Shown here one piece after another: positions 30,644-41,524 of a DNA stretch of 64,000 nucleotides. The number at the start of each line of letters is the position of its first letter. Position 1 is the first letter of the stretch. A program made the position numbers and the translations under genes. The stretch is from Campylobacterota bacterium. GTDB taxonomy: Bacteria; Campylobacterota; Campylobacteria; Campylobacterales; Sulfurimonadaceae. A model generated the notes under the pieces. That model was not told where the DNA came from. It ran no database searches and saw nothing but the letters and a program-made list of their open reading frames with translations. The stretch is taken from NCBI GenBank assembly GCA_034659595.1, contig JAYEHQ010000076.1:2165-66164 (forward strand), in the 5' to 3' direction.

Positions 30644-31054
30644 TTGGAAATTTCAAATCATATAGATAGCTATAATAGTATCAATATTTATTAAAAACCT
30701 GAAAACTCTATACAACCTGTAAATCCTCCAGTAGAAGAGGAACAGCCTCCTAAAGAGTTGTCTATAGAGGAACAAGCCAAGCTAGACCTTGAAGCACAAG
30801 AAGCTAAGGAAGCATCAGAAGCAGAAGAACAAGCTAAAAAAGATGCACAAAGAGGACATGCAACTGATTATATGGCTCATAAATCAAAACAATCTCAGGT
30901 GGAGATTTATTTATCTATAGCTTTAAATAAAGATGTTGATTTGGGAAATGGCACACCTGCTATTTTAGAATCTCTTCGTGATGTTCAACAACAAAATAAC
31001 AGAGTTGAAGCTTATGCAACTTATGCAGAGAATCAAAAAATGGGAATTATATAA
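30644..31054 (+). pseudogene. Hypothetical protein interrupted by one in-frame TAA
   Basis: AAAGGA SD plus TTG at 30644; MEISNHIDSYNSINIY*KPENSIQPVNPP continues in frame into the 30758 ORF. Confidence 0.65.
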
Positions 31055-31209
31055 TTTAGTTACTAAATAACATTTTTCGTAAGCCCCAAGTAATCAACAA
31101 TCACTATTTGAAGATAAATTAGGAATTGTTGATAAAAAAACATCTCAGGAAATTTCTAAAATACTTATATAAATGTTTGAACTGTAGCTAAATGCAGGAG
31201 CAATATTTG

Positions 31210-31218
31210 TGTTATAAT
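31210..31218 (+). promoter_or_regulatory. Extended -10 promoter
   Basis: TGTTATAAT upstream of the UbiD-family gene. Confidence 0.5.
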
Positions 31219-31259
31219 TTTACAAAAAAATAGACAAATTTTAAAATTGAGAAGAGAAT

Positions 31260-33074
31260 ATGCAAAAAACAATAAAACTTTTAAAAAAACATGATGAATT
31301 AACTGTTATAGATACCGAATTAGATATTTATTTAGAGATACCTCACTTAGCATATGCAGAAGTAAAGAAAAAGGATGGTGGTAAGGCACTTCTTTTTACT
31401 AATGTAGTAGATAAAAAAAGTGGTAAAATTTTTGAAGAACCAGTATTTATGAATGTTTTTGGTTCATACAAAAGGTGTGAACTTTTATTTGGAAGAACTA
31501 TTGAATCAGTTGCAGATGAGATAACAAACCTTTTACATATGAAACCACCAAGTGGGTTTATGGATAAAATCAATATGGCAAAGAGTCTTTTTTCATTAAA
31601 AGATATATTTCCTAAAAGATTAAAAGGTGAGGGTAGTTGTCAAAAAATAAAATATCTAAATGATGATGTAGATTTAACAAAACTACCAGTTTTAACAACA
31701 TGGGAACAAGATGGTGGACCATTTATAACTATGGGACAAGTTTATACTCAAAGTCTTGATGGTGAGATGGTAAATCTTGGAATGTATAGACTTCAAGTTT
31801 ATGATAAAAATCATTTAGGAATGCATTGGCAGATTCACAAAGATTCTTCACACTTTTTTGATCAGTACCAAAAAGCTGGTAAGAAGATGCCAGTAAGTGT
31901 GGCTATTGGTGGAAATCCACTTTATACTTGGTGTGCTACTGCTCCTCTTCCTTATGGTGTAAATGAGCTTTTAATGTATGGTCTTATAACAAAAACACCA
32001 GCAAAACTTGTAAAATCTCTTACAACCCCATTATATATTCCTGAAGATGTTGATTATGTTATTGAGGGGTGGGTTGATACTGATGAGTTAAAAATTGAGG
32101 GTCCATTTGGTGATCATACAGGATACTATACTTTAGAAGAGCCATATCCTGTAATGGAAGTAAGTGCTATAACTACCAAAAAAGAGAAAGTATTTTTAGC
32201 AACAGTAGTTGGTAAGCCACCTTTAGAAGATAAATATATGGGTTGGGCAACTGGTAAAATATTTTTTCCACTTTTAAAAACAACAGTTCCAGATTTACTT
32301 GATTATCATATGCCTGAAAATGCTGGTTTTCATAATCTTATACTGGCTAAGATGCAACCACTTTATAAAGGTCATGCAAAACAATTTATGCATGCTTTTT
32401 GGGGAGCAGGGCAGATGAGCTTTGTTAAACATGCAGTTTTCTTAGATGAAAATGCTCCAAAACTTGAAAACTATGAATCATTAGTGAAGTATGTTTTAGA
32501 TAGATTTACTCCAAAGTCAATGTTTATAACAGAGGGTATTTTAGATGCACTTGATCACTCCTCTCCTGAAACATTGGTTGGTGGGAAATTAGGTATAGAT
32601 GCAACTTTAGCAAATCAAGTAGATGCACCGCAAGTTTTAGGTGATGAAGAGTTACTAGAAAAAGTAAAAGACTTAATACCAGATGCTGTAAATCTACATC
32701 AATTTATGAGAAATACAAAAAACCCTATAACTGTAATATCTGTAAATAAATCTAAAAATGCAAAAGAGTATTTTGAAGCATTAGTAACTTTAGGTATGCA
32801 TATAAGAATAGTTGTATTTGTAGATGAAGAGAAAAATGATGTGTTTAACGCATATATGCTAGTTTGGAGAGTTACAAATAATATAGATGCAGTTCGTGAT
32901 ATATATACATCTGGTTTGATGGTAGGGATAGATGGTACAAATAAAAATGTACTAGATGGTTTCTCTCGAAGATGGCCAGATGATGTTGATTGTACACCTA
33001 AAGTTATAGAATCATTAAAACAAAAAGGTGTTTGGGATTTTGATGAAATCCTAAATAAAAAATATCAGTTGTAA
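31260..33074 (+). CDS. UbiD-family menaquinone biosynthesis decarboxylase (MqnL-like)
   Basis: DGGPFIT, NLGMYR, EGPFGDHTGYY, GKPPLED, duplicated GIDAT/GIDGT C-terminal module. Confidence 0.9.
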   Translation: MQKTIKLLKKHDELTVIDTELDIYLEIPHLAYAEVKKKDGGKALLFTNVVDKKSGKIFEEPVFMNVFGSYKRCELLFGRTIESVADEITNLLHMKPPSGFMDKINMAKSLFSLKDIFPKRLKGEGSCQKIKYLNDDVDLTKLPVLTTWEQDGGPFITMGQVYTQSLDGEMVNLGMYRLQVYDKNHLGMHWQIHKDSSHFFDQYQKAGKKMPVSVAIGGNPLYTWCATAPLPYGVNELLMYGLITKTPAKLVKSLTTPLYIPEDVDYVIEGWVDTDELKIEGPFGDHTGYYTLEEPYPVMEVSAITTKKEKVFLATVVGKPPLEDKYMGWATGKIFFPLLKTTVPDLLDYHMPENAGFHNLILAKMQPLYKGHAKQFMHAFWGAGQMSFVKHAVFLDENAPKLENYESLVKYVLDRFTPKSMFITEGILDALDHSSPETLVGGKLGIDATLANQVDAPQVLGDEELLEKVKDLIPDAVNLHQFMRNTKNPITVISVNKSKNAKEYFEALVTLGMHIRIVVFVDEEKNDVFNAYMLVWRVTNNIDAVRDIYTSGLMVGIDGTNKNVLDGFSRRWPDDVDCTPKVIESLKQKGVWDFDEILNKKYQL

Positions 33075-33150
33075 TAGTGTGCTTGAATGGCAATATATAA
33101 AGCTTTTGTTAAATAGATTTTTTGTATTATTCTTTCATTAAAGGATTGTT

Positions 33151-34530
33151 ATGGAAAAAATGTGGTCAGGAAGATTTAGCAGTAGTGCTTCTTCGTTGTT
33201 AGATGAGTTTAATGCTTCGATAATGTTTGATAGAAAATTGTATCTTGAAGATATTGAGGGTTCGTTAGCTCATGCACAGATGTTAACAAAACAGGGTATT
33301 TTAACTGATAATGAACATAATCAAATTGTTGATGGACTAAATCAAGTTAAAGACGAGATAGAATCTGGTAAATTTGAGTGGAATATTAGTGATGAAGATT
33401 TACACATGGGGATTGAAAAAAGGCTGACCGAAATTATTGGTGATGCTGGTAAAAAACTTCATACTGCAAGAAGTAGAAATGATCAAGTTGCTGTTGATTT
33501 TAGAAGGTGGACTTTAAAGAAAAATATCTCATTAGTATCTGGCTTGAAAAAATTGATGGGTGAGATTTTAGTTATTTCTGAAAAACATACTGAGACTCTT
33601 ATCCCTGGTATGACGCACCTTCAACACGCTCAACCTACTAACTTTGGTTTTCATCTTGGTGCATATCTTTCTATGTTCAAAAGAGATATACAAAGATTTG
33701 AAGACTCATATAAAAGAAATAATGTATCTCCACTTGGTTGTGCTGCATTAGCAGGTACACCACATAATATAGATCGTGATATGACAGCAGAACTTTTAGG
33801 TTTTGATAGTGTAAGTGTAAATTGTTTAGATACGGTAAGTGATAGAGATTTTGCTTTAGAAATATTATTTAATATCTCAACTATGATGATGCATATCTCT
33901 CGTTTGAGTGAAGAACTTATCATGTGGTCATCTTATGAATTTGGATTTGTTGAGCTAAGTGATGAGTATTCAACTGGTTCATCTATCATGCCTCAAAAGA
34001 AAAATCCTGATGTTCCTGAACTTCTTCGTGGTAAAACAGGTCGTGTTTATGGTTCACTAATGGGGCTTTTAACAGTCATGAAAGGACTTCCACTAGCTTA
34101 TAACAAAGATACTCAAGAAGATAAAGAGGGTGTATTTGATGCAGTAGAGACTGCTGAAATTTCGTTAGAAATTTTAAAAGAAGCTATGAAAACTATGGAA
34201 GTAAAAGCACACAACATGGAAAAAGCTTGTTCTATAGGGCATCTATCAGCTACTGATTTAGCTGATTATTTAGTTGAAAAATGTAACATACCTTTTAGAG
34301 AGGCTCACTTTATAACTGGTCGTGCAGTTGCAAAAGGTGAAGAGTTGAAAATAGATATAAGTGAGATGGATTTTAAATATTTCAAAGAGATAGATGCAAG
34401 AATAGATGAAGATTTGATGCCATATTTGGTTTTAAGAAATTCTATGAATGCTAGAACTTCTTTTGGTGGGACAGCAACTGTAAGAACAAAAGAGCAATTA
34501 GAATATTTTAAAAATTATCTAAAAGATTAA
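33151..34530 (+). CDS. argH: Argininosuccinate lyase
   Basis: [29 protein letters not shown]. Confidence 0.97.
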   Translation: MEKMWSGRFSSSASSLLDEFNASIMFDRKLYLEDIEGSLAHAQMLTKQGILTDNEHNQIVDGLNQVKDEIESGKFEWNISDEDLHMGIEKRLTEIIGDAGKKLHTARSRNDQVAVDFRRWTLKKNISLVSGLKKLMGEILVISEKHTETLIPGMTHLQHAQPTNFGFHLGAYLSMFKRDIQRFEDSYKRNNVSPLGCAALAGTPHNIDRDMTAELLGFDSVSVNCLDTVSDRDFALEILFNISTMMMHISRLSEELIMWSSYEFGFVELSDEYSTGSSIMPQKKNPDVPELLRGKTGRVYGSLMGLLTVMKGLPLAYNKDTQEDKEGVFDAVETAEISLEILKEAMKTMEVKAHNMEKACSIGHLSATDLADYLVEKCNIPFREAHFITGRAVAKGEELKIDISEMDFKYFKEIDARIDEDLMPYLVLRNSMNARTSFGGTATVRTKEQLEYFKNYLKD

Positions 34531-34541
34531 AATAAACTTAT

Positions 34542-35786
34542 TTATCTACCTTGAACGGCATTACCCATGTCCCACATAGGTAGAAAGATACCAAGAGCTA
34601 AAAGTATAACCATAGATGCTATGACAAATAGCATTATTGGTTCAACTGCTTCTGACAAACCATCTATAATAGCATCAAATCTCATTTTATAATACTCTGC
34701 TACTTTTTTAACCATCGTATCTAGTGTACCACTATCTTCACCAGCAGTAATCATTTGTATAATCATATTTTCAAAAAGTGCTGTTTCTTTTAAACCTTTG
34801 TTTAGAGCTCCACCTTTTTCAACAGTAATTCTAACAGATAGGAGTTTATTTTTTAGAGGAAGGTTGTCAATCATCCCTATAGAAGTGTCTAATGCTTCTG
34901 CTATAGGGATACCTGCACGAATAAGTTCTGAAAAAACAAGTGTAAATCTATTTAGTGTTGAGAATTTAATAATATTTTTTATAAGATATGTTTTAAGTAG
35001 AAGTTCATGCCAACTATATTGGACATCTTTAAAATTATTTATTAAATATCTAAAAAACATAAATGAAATTGTAAGTATTACTATTAAATATGGTCCATAG
35101 TTATTAAATAGATATTCCAGCGTAAGAAGTATTTGAGTTGGTAATGGTAACTCTGCATTTAACTCTTTAAATATAGATTTAAACTGAGGAACAACATAAG
35201 ATATTAGGATTGTAAATGCTACAGCCATAGCAATCATAACATTTCGAGGGTATGCCATAGCTTTTTTAAATTTGATTATATTTGCACGGATCTCTTCAAG
35301 CATATTTGCAAGTGAATATAAAGATTCATCTAAATTACCTGTTTTTTCACCAAGTTGAACCATAGCAATAGTTAAATTTCCAAGTTCAAATCTAAAGTTT
35401 TCCATAGATGTTGACAAAGAACTACCAGAGTTTATATCATCTGCTATTTTTGAAAAAACTCTTTTTAATGTCTTGTCATCAGTAGCTACAGATATTTCAT
35501 ATATAGAATCATGTATAGAGATACTAGCATTTGTCATAACGGCTAATTGTCTTATCGCTCCGATTAATGCATCTGGATTTATTTTCTTTTTTTGAATATT
35601 TTTTAAAAAATCTTTTTTAAGTCTTTTTAATCTTGCATCTAAAGGTTCTTCACCCTCAACAACTTTTATAATTATTCCAGTATATTTCTTTTTGGCATAC
35701 TCATTTGCATCTTTTTTTGTTTTTGCATATATTGGAAAATTTTGTTTTTTACCTTTAGTTAGTATAGTTGCAATATAGTATTCCAT
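34542..35786 (-). CDS. GspF/PilC platform protein (CtsF-like)
   Basis: GEKTGNL, AMAYP, ELPLPT, GEDSGTLD, EP, IFLPMW. Confidence 0.92.
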   Translation of the reverse strand: MEYYIATILTKGKKQNFPIYAKTKKDANEYAKKKYTGIIIKVVEGEEPLDARLKRLKKDFLKNIQKKKINPDALIGAIRQLAVMTNASISIHDSIYEISVATDDKTLKRVFSKIADDINSGSSLSTSMENFRFELGNLTIAMVQLGEKTGNLDESLYSLANMLEEIRANIIKFKKAMAYPRNVMIAMAVAFTILISYVVPQFKSIFKELNAELPLPTQILLTLEYLFNNYGPYLIVILTISFMFFRYLINNFKDVQYSWHELLLKTYLIKNIIKFSTLNRFTLVFSELIRAGIPIAEALDTSIGMIDNLPLKNKLLSVRITVEKGGALNKGLKETALFENMIIQMITAGEDSGTLDTMVKKVAEYYKMRFDAIIDGLSEAVEPIMLFVIASMVILLALGIFLPMWDMGNAVQGR

Positions 35787-37519
35787 TATTTAACTACCTT
35801 TAAAATCTCTTGAAGGCTGGTAACACCATCTAGTGCTTTTTGTATTCCATTTTGACTTATATCCATAAAACCATCTTTTATAGCTTGTTCTTTTAGTACC
35901 TCTTTTGAAGCACCTTTTGCTATTAGAGATGATAAGTTTTCAGTAATACTTAGAACCTCACATATCATCTCTCTTCCCATATAGCCAGTATCATTACACT
36001 CTTTACAACCAGAGCCTATATAAAATTTTGCATCTTTAGGTATTAGTTCTTTTATATCTTGTAAAGTTGATGATGGGACATTTTCAACTACCTTACAATG
36101 CTTACATATTTTTCTAACAAGTCTTTGTGCTTGAATTGCTACTAAAGCACCACTTATTAGATAGTGTTCTATGCCCATATCTACCATACGAGCAATAGCA
36201 CTAATAGAATCATTTGTATGTAGAGTAGAGATAACTAAGTGTCCTGTAAGTGCTGCTTTTATGGCAATTTCTAGTGTTTCTTTATCTCTAATCTCACCAA
36301 TCATAATTTTATCTGGATCTTGTCGTAATATAGAGCGAAGTGCATCAGCGAAGGTTAAACCTACTTTTGGATTTACTTGTACTTGTTGTATAAGATTCAT
36401 TCTATACTCAACAGGATCCTCAACTGTAATAACTTTGTCTTCAATATTTCTAAGTTCGTTTAATGCACCATATAAAGTTGTAGTTTTACCACTTCCTGTT
36501 GGTCCAGTTACTAAGATAATACCATAGGGAGCTTCTAAACCTTTTATAAGTTGTCGATAACTAAAACTATCCATACCAGCTTCTTCAAGTTTAACTAATG
36601 CTTTTTCTTTATCTAATACCCTCATAACTATAGATTCACCATATATAGTTGGTAAAGTAGATATACGAAAATCAAATTCATATTTACCTACCGCAGTTGA
36701 GAAACGACCATCTTGTGGTTTTCTTTTTTCAGCAATATCAAGGTTAGATAAAAGTTTTAATCTTGAAGCTAATGGTGGATATATATCTTTTTCAAAAATA
36801 AAAATCTCTGCTAGTTTACCATCAACTCTTCCTCTAATAGTACAGTTTTTTTCAGTTGGTTCTATATGTATATCACTAGCACGACTTTTGATACAAGATT
36901 TTAAAATTACATCAATAAGAAGTAAAATGGAAGATGCTTCTTGTTGTTCTTCTATAGAGCTGATAGAGTTTAATTCATCTCTGATTTTTTTTATTAAATC
37001 TTTTACACTATCTTTTAATTCAACTTTAAATAGATAAGAATGAATTTGTTTATGTACTGCAACAGCAATTTTTACAATTTTTCTAGGATATAGTCTTTCA
37101 ATAGCTTCTTTTGCTTCAATATTAAGTGGATCATGAAGTGCTACAATTACATTCATTTCATCTTCAGATATGGGTAGGGCATTATATTTTTTTAGTTGAG
37201 AAAGAGATGCTTTACTTATAAGTCTATAGTCCATATCTATAGAATCTAAATCTATAAATTTAAGGTCAAGTTCCTCTGCTAGTTCTATCAATACATCTTT
37301 TTCATCTATATAATCATAATTATCTACAATAGAAAGTTCATATACCCCATCTCTTATCTTTTGAATAATAAAGTGGATAAGTTTTTGCATACTCATAAAA
37401 CCAGATAAAGTTATATCTCTTAATATAAATTCTTCTTTTACACCTTTGTTTAATAATCTATTAACCTGGGTCTGCATAATAGAACCATTTTTCAATAAAT
37501 CATTTGTTATTCTATCCAT
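35786..37519 (-). CDS. GspE/PilB assembly ATPase (CtsE-like)
   Basis: ASDIHIEP, GPTGSGKTTTLY, LRQDPD, GEIRD, STLHTN, tetracysteine motif. Confidence 0.95.
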   Translation of the reverse strand: MDRITNDLLKNGSIMQTQVNRLLNKGVKEEFILRDITLSGFMSMQKLIHFIIQKIRDGVYELSIVDNYDYIDEKDVLIELAEELDLKFIDLDSIDMDYRLISKASLSQLKKYNALPISEDEMNVIVALHDPLNIEAKEAIERLYPRKIVKIAVAVHKQIHSYLFKVELKDSVKDLIKKIRDELNSISSIEEQQEASSILLLIDVILKSCIKSRASDIHIEPTEKNCTIRGRVDGKLAEIFIFEKDIYPPLASRLKLLSNLDIAEKRKPQDGRFSTAVGKYEFDFRISTLPTIYGESIVMRVLDKEKALVKLEEAGMDSFSYRQLIKGLEAPYGIILVTGPTGSGKTTTLYGALNELRNIEDKVITVEDPVEYRMNLIQQVQVNPKVGLTFADALRSILRQDPDKIMIGEIRDKETLEIAIKAALTGHLVISTLHTNDSISAIARMVDMGIEHYLISGALVAIQAQRLVRKICKHCKVVENVPSSTLQDIKELIPKDAKFYIGSGCKECNDTGYMGREMICEVLSITENLSSLIAKGASKEVLKEQAIKDGFMDISQNGIQKALDGVTSLQEILKVVK

Positions 37520-37533
37520 AGTTAGATGCCTTC

Positions 37534-38076
37534 TTACCAGTACTTATGTTGTTTTATAATTTTATTATTATAAATTTCTTCAATTATCATTTTACTTAAA
37601 CCACTGCCTTTTAATAAGTAAAGTTTATATGATAAATCTTTATTTTCTTTATCTTCAAATAGATAATATGATTTATTTTTATTGTCACTAGATTTTGAAT
37701 ATAAATCAAAAACTTTTGAAAGTATATAATCTGTTGTTGGAAAATTAAATTCTTTAAGTTCTTGTCCATCTACTAAAGCATGATAAAGTAGTTTTTTTTG
37801 CATAAGTATTATAGAAAAATAAGCAGAATTTTTTCTAGCTTCACTAGAAAATTTTAGTTTCGTAAGAGGAGTAGCTAGACGATCTAAATAATCTGCTTCT
37901 AAGCATGAAAAAGCATATAAAGATATATATTGTTCATCATTTTTATATTTTGTAAAATGTCTCATCCCCATACTACAGGCTTCTTTGTATCTTTTGTTTT
38001 GATATAGCTCATATATATTATTTTTTATATCTGAATATAAAGAGACACTAATAAAAAAGATTATTAAGAATTTCAT
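37534..38076 (-). CDS. Exported hypothetical protein in the pilus/secretion cluster
   Basis: Signal peptide; overlaps the upstream gene stop. Confidence 0.75.
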   Translation of the reverse strand: MKFLIIFFISVSLYSDIKNNIYELYQNKRYKEACSMGMRHFTKYKNDEQYISLYAFSCLEADYLDRLATPLTKLKFSSEARKNSAYFSIILMQKKLLYHALVDGQELKEFNFPTTDYILSKVFDLYSKSSDNKNKSYYLFEDKENKDLSYKLYLLKGSGLSKMIIEEIYNNKIIKQHKYW

Positions 38077-38738
38077 TTGAATCTTCCAGCAATAATTTCA
38101 TTCAATAAAATTTTTGCTTTTTCAGAATTTGAATGTTTAATATACTGTCTCAATGTTTTAATCGCTTTATCTTTTTGGTTTAATTTAATCATAGATTTTA
38201 TAAATATAATCCAACTATCTTCTATTTTATTATTTAGTTCATTAGTTATAAAAGCATATTGGCAAGCTTGTTTATAATTTTTAAGTTCGTAATATTTTTT
38301 TGCAATAAAAAGGCTTAAAACAGGATTTTTGTTGTTATTAAATCTTTCTATTACATGTTTTATATCATTTTTAGTATTTTGTCTTTTTATATCTATTTTT
38401 TGTGGTTGATTTGTTACTACTTTAGATATGGGTTTTTCGTAGATAGTGCTTTTTTTCTCTATTATAGATGTAGTTTGTATATTTTGCATAAAATTAAAAG
38501 ATGGGGTTATAACAAGTTTCTGTTCATCACTTTGTTTTTCTATATTTTGTTTTTTTTCAATTTTAGGTTTTAGTATCTCTGTTTTAACCATACTTTTCTC
38601 TTCTATTTTTGTTTTAAAAGTAAATATTGAGGTAATAATTAAAATTATTAGTAAACTAATAGCTATAACTATATGTGGAATAAAAGATTTAATTTTATAT
38701 TTTAGCCATCTATTTTCTAATTCATCTATATTAAGCAT
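38073..38738 (-). CDS. Bitopic membrane protein with a TPR-like C-terminus (CtsX-like)
   Basis: N-terminal TM helix, linker, helical repeat AKKYYELKNYKQA; position between the ATPases. Confidence 0.65.
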   Translation of the reverse strand: MLNIDELENRWLKYKIKSFIPHIVIAISLLIILIITSIFTFKTKIEEKSMVKTEILKPKIEKKQNIEKQSDEQKLVITPSFNFMQNIQTTSIIEKKSTIYEKPISKVVTNQPQKIDIKRQNTKNDIKHVIERFNNNKNPVLSLFIAKKYYELKNYKQACQYAFITNELNNKIEDSWIIFIKSMIKLNQKDKAIKTLRQYIKHSNSEKAKILLNEIIAGRFK

Positions 38739-39543
38739 CTATAAGACCTGTATGTATAGCTGACATCTCTATAATCTTAGAAGATAATTTTTTTGAATTT
38801 GATATTTTTAAATTATTGTTTTGAAAATAATTTTCATAAATATCAAAGATACTATAAAGTAGTTTATTAGTTTCTCTATAGTTACCATTTGTTAGTTTAT
38901 AGATTAAAGATACATTCTTATCTGTAACCATATTGGCTGTATTATAAGAGTTAGTTTTCATAAGTTTTTTTTGTATATACATTTTTAGTTCTATTTTGGT
39001 TGCATTTTTTAGTTCTATAGTTTCCCATATTCTAGTTTGAAAATGTTCTTTTGCAATAAGGTCTTCTTTTTGTGTTTTATGAAGAGTTAGAACAAATTTA
39101 ATTTTTCTTGTATCTGATAAAAGTCTAATTTTTTCCATTTGTAAATCAGAATATAATTGTGCTTCATCTAGCAATACTACTGGCACTTCATCTTCAACAT
39201 GAAGTTCTACTATTTTCATAAATTGAGTGTAGTTTAATGTACCTTCATATTTTACATTAAATAGATTTTGAGCTAGAAGTTTATAAAATTCATGTTCATC
39301 TAAAATAGGTGTTTTATAAAGAAATATTTTTTTACTTGTTTTTAAATCTTGATAAAGTTTATTTAAAAACATACTTTTACCAGTACCTGGTTTTCCGTAT
39401 AAAAGAATCATTTTAATAGGCTTATTTATAGAATCTTTTAAAGAGGAATAAATAGTTGAAACTCTATCTATTTGTATATAGTCTGAAGCTTGAACTTTGT
39501 CTAAAAAAGCATTTCTCGAGTTTATAAATAAATCTTTTTCCAT
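38731..39543 (-). CDS. AAA ATPase, ExeA/MshM/CtsP-like
   Basis: GKPGTGKS, LLDEAQ, TNGNYR. Confidence 0.85.
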   Translation of the reverse strand: MEKDLFINSRNAFLDKVQASDYIQIDRVSTIYSSLKDSINKPIKMILLYGKPGTGKSMFLNKLYQDLKTSKKIFLYKTPILDEHEFYKLLAQNLFNVKYEGTLNYTQFMKIVELHVEDEVPVVLLDEAQLYSDLQMEKIRLLSDTRKIKFVLTLHKTQKEDLIAKEHFQTRIWETIELKNATKIELKMYIQKKLMKTNSYNTANMVTDKNVSLIYKLTNGNYRETNKLLYSIFDIYENYFQNNNLKISNSKKLSSKIIEMSAIHTGLIDA

Positions 39544-39554
39544 ATAATTATGAC

Positions 39555-41048
39555 CTATTTAATTGACTCTGTTTGTACTAAATCATTTTTAATTCCAGTG
39601 TATCCTATATCAGATAGAGAAAGATTGTTTTTTTCTTTATCTATAATATGTGGTTCTATGATAATAACGAGTTCTTGAATTTGTTTTGTTTTATTCTCAT
39701 AGCTAAATAAATTACCAAATAATGGTATATCTCCTAAAATAGGGAGACCATTTGAATCCATTATATTTTTTGTATTTATAAGACCACCTAAAATTATTCT
39801 ATTTCCATCTTTTACAGTAACAACAGAAGAGAGTTGACGACGCTCTAAATCTGGTGGCATATCTCTACCAGTAGATGTTTCATTTGATATGTCTTGTCTT
39901 GTTTCTGAAAGAGATGGGTTTATTTTTAGTGTTATAGTTCTATCATCTGCTATCTCTGGTGTGATAGAGAGTAAAACACCAGCAAAAACAGATTGTATAT
40001 CCTCACTTTGAGTTGTTACTGCATTATCACCAGAACCTTGAGAATCACTTTTTACTTTATAAAAGTATTCTGTACCAGCAGTTATGAGTGCTGGTTGATT
40101 ATTAAGAGTTAACACTTTTGGATTGGATATAGAACTAACATCACCTTGTGTTTCCAAAAATTTTATAATCTCATTTATGTTACTAGATGTTTTGACGCTT
40201 AGTAAATTAGCAGAGTTTTTAGCTTGATCGCCTACTGCTGTAATTAGGCTAGGGTCTGTCCACTCAGTAACATTTTTTTTACTTATATAGTCAAGAGAGA
40301 ATTGTGCATTTTGCAATGCATAAAGTTGTTGCCAATCAATACCTTTTGAGTGTGATTCATTCATTGTTACAGTTATAAGCTGAACATCAATAAGCACTTG
40401 TAATTGTACTTTTTTTTGAAGTTTATCTAAATACTTTTCAAATCTATGCATCTGTTTATTTGTAGCAGTTACTGTAATTAATCCAGCATTTTTATTGATG
40501 ATAGGGGCAGGGATTTTATATATATCTTCTGGTCTATTTAAAATATTTTGTAACTCTAAATCTAACTCTTCCCAAAATACAACTTCATCACTAGATTCTA
40601 TTTTAGTACCTGAATCAGATGCTGAACCACTTGATTCACTTGTAGCTGATGAACTTAAAGTTATATTTGTATTTCCTACACCTTTTCTTTGAGATAAAAT
40701 ATAATCTATAGAAAAAACTTTTGTAGTTAAATAAGATATTTTGAGTAGATTATTTTTTAAACTATATGACAAATTATTTTCATTTAAAATAATTTTGAAT
40801 ACTTCATCTATTGTTAAATTTTTTATATGTGTTTTATTTAGTTTTGTTTGTAGAATTTTTTTAGCTGATGCATCAGTAATAATAATAGTATATTCACATT
40901 CATCACTAAGTTGATCAATAAAATCTATGATTTTAGTGTTTTTTGTAGAGCTAATGCTAAAAAGTTCGTATTTACAGTCTGCAACGATACTCATGGGCAG
41001 TATAGTAGTTAATAGTATTATAAATATTAATTTTTTAAATAATTTCAT
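39555..41048 (-). CDS. Secretin, MshL/CtsD-like
   Basis: QVLID, GIDW, SNPKVLTLNNQPA, ITPEI, LGDIPLFGNLF, ELVIIIEP. Confidence 0.92.
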   Translation of the reverse strand: MKLFKKLIFIILLTTILPMSIVADCKYELFSISSTKNTKIIDFIDQLSDECEYTIIITDASAKKILQTKLNKTHIKNLTIDEVFKIILNENNLSYSLKNNLLKISYLTTKVFSIDYILSQRKGVGNTNITLSSSATSESSGSASDSGTKIESSDEVVFWEELDLELQNILNRPEDIYKIPAPIINKNAGLITVTATNKQMHRFEKYLDKLQKKVQLQVLIDVQLITVTMNESHSKGIDWQQLYALQNAQFSLDYISKKNVTEWTDPSLITAVGDQAKNSANLLSVKTSSNINEIIKFLETQGDVSSISNPKVLTLNNQPALITAGTEYFYKVKSDSQGSGDNAVTTQSEDIQSVFAGVLLSITPEIADDRTITLKINPSLSETRQDISNETSTGRDMPPDLERRQLSSVVTVKDGNRIILGGLINTKNIMDSNGLPILGDIPLFGNLFSYENKTKQIQELVIIIEPHIIDKEKNNLSLSDIGYTGIKNDLVQTESIK

Positions 41049-41056
41049 TTCTTGTC

Positions 41057-41524
41057 CTAGTTATTTTTAAATTTCAGTGTTTTATTTTGGGTATCTGTTG
41101 ATAATATTATTGTTTTTACCCCTTTAATTAAAACAACATGATTTTTATTTATCTCTTTTAGAATATATGTACCTATCTTTTGATCTATTTTATACCATTT
41201 ATCATTTATTAGAGCTGTTTTATTTATTATTGCTTCTAAATTAAATTTTAAATCGGTACTTTTATATATTTTAGTTCTTCTATATTTTTTTCTAGTTATA
41301 TTTGATTTTTTTGTTACTTTTCTTTTTTTATTATTTTGCTTTGTACTCTCTTTTTCTTTTTTTATATCTAAAAATATAAAAGGATCTTTTAGTTGAGATA
41401 TTATATTATCATCAATTCCTTCTCTAGCTGGTTTTATAGCTTCTATTTGTTCATCAACCCATTTTAGTTCATCACAATTAAGAGTTGATAGTAAAAATAA
41501 AATAGTAATTATTAAAGTTTTCAT
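41057..41524 (-). CDS. MshK/PilP-like (CtsR-like) exported protein
   Basis: Signal peptide, DPF motif, LEAIINKTALINDKWY; start coupled to the upstream stop (TAATG). Confidence 0.6.
   Translation of the reverse strand: MKTLIITILFLLSTLNCDELKWVDEQIEAIKPAREGIDDNIISQLKDPFIFLDIKKEKESTKQNNKKRKVTKKSNITRKKYRRTKIYKSTDLKFNLEAIINKTALINDKWYKIDQKIGTYILKEINKNHVVLIKGVKTIILSTDTQNKTLKFKNN

Noticed and set aside
30692-30694. Selenocysteine or pyrrolysine recoding at the in-frame stop
   Set aside because: The codon is TAA, not TGA or TAG, and no SECIS-like hairpin follows.
34530-34542. Switch from mostly + to mostly - strand genes as a possible origin or terminus
   Set aside because: No dif-like site or DnaA-box cluster seen; base skew appears to follow gene orientation, and convergent operons explain it.
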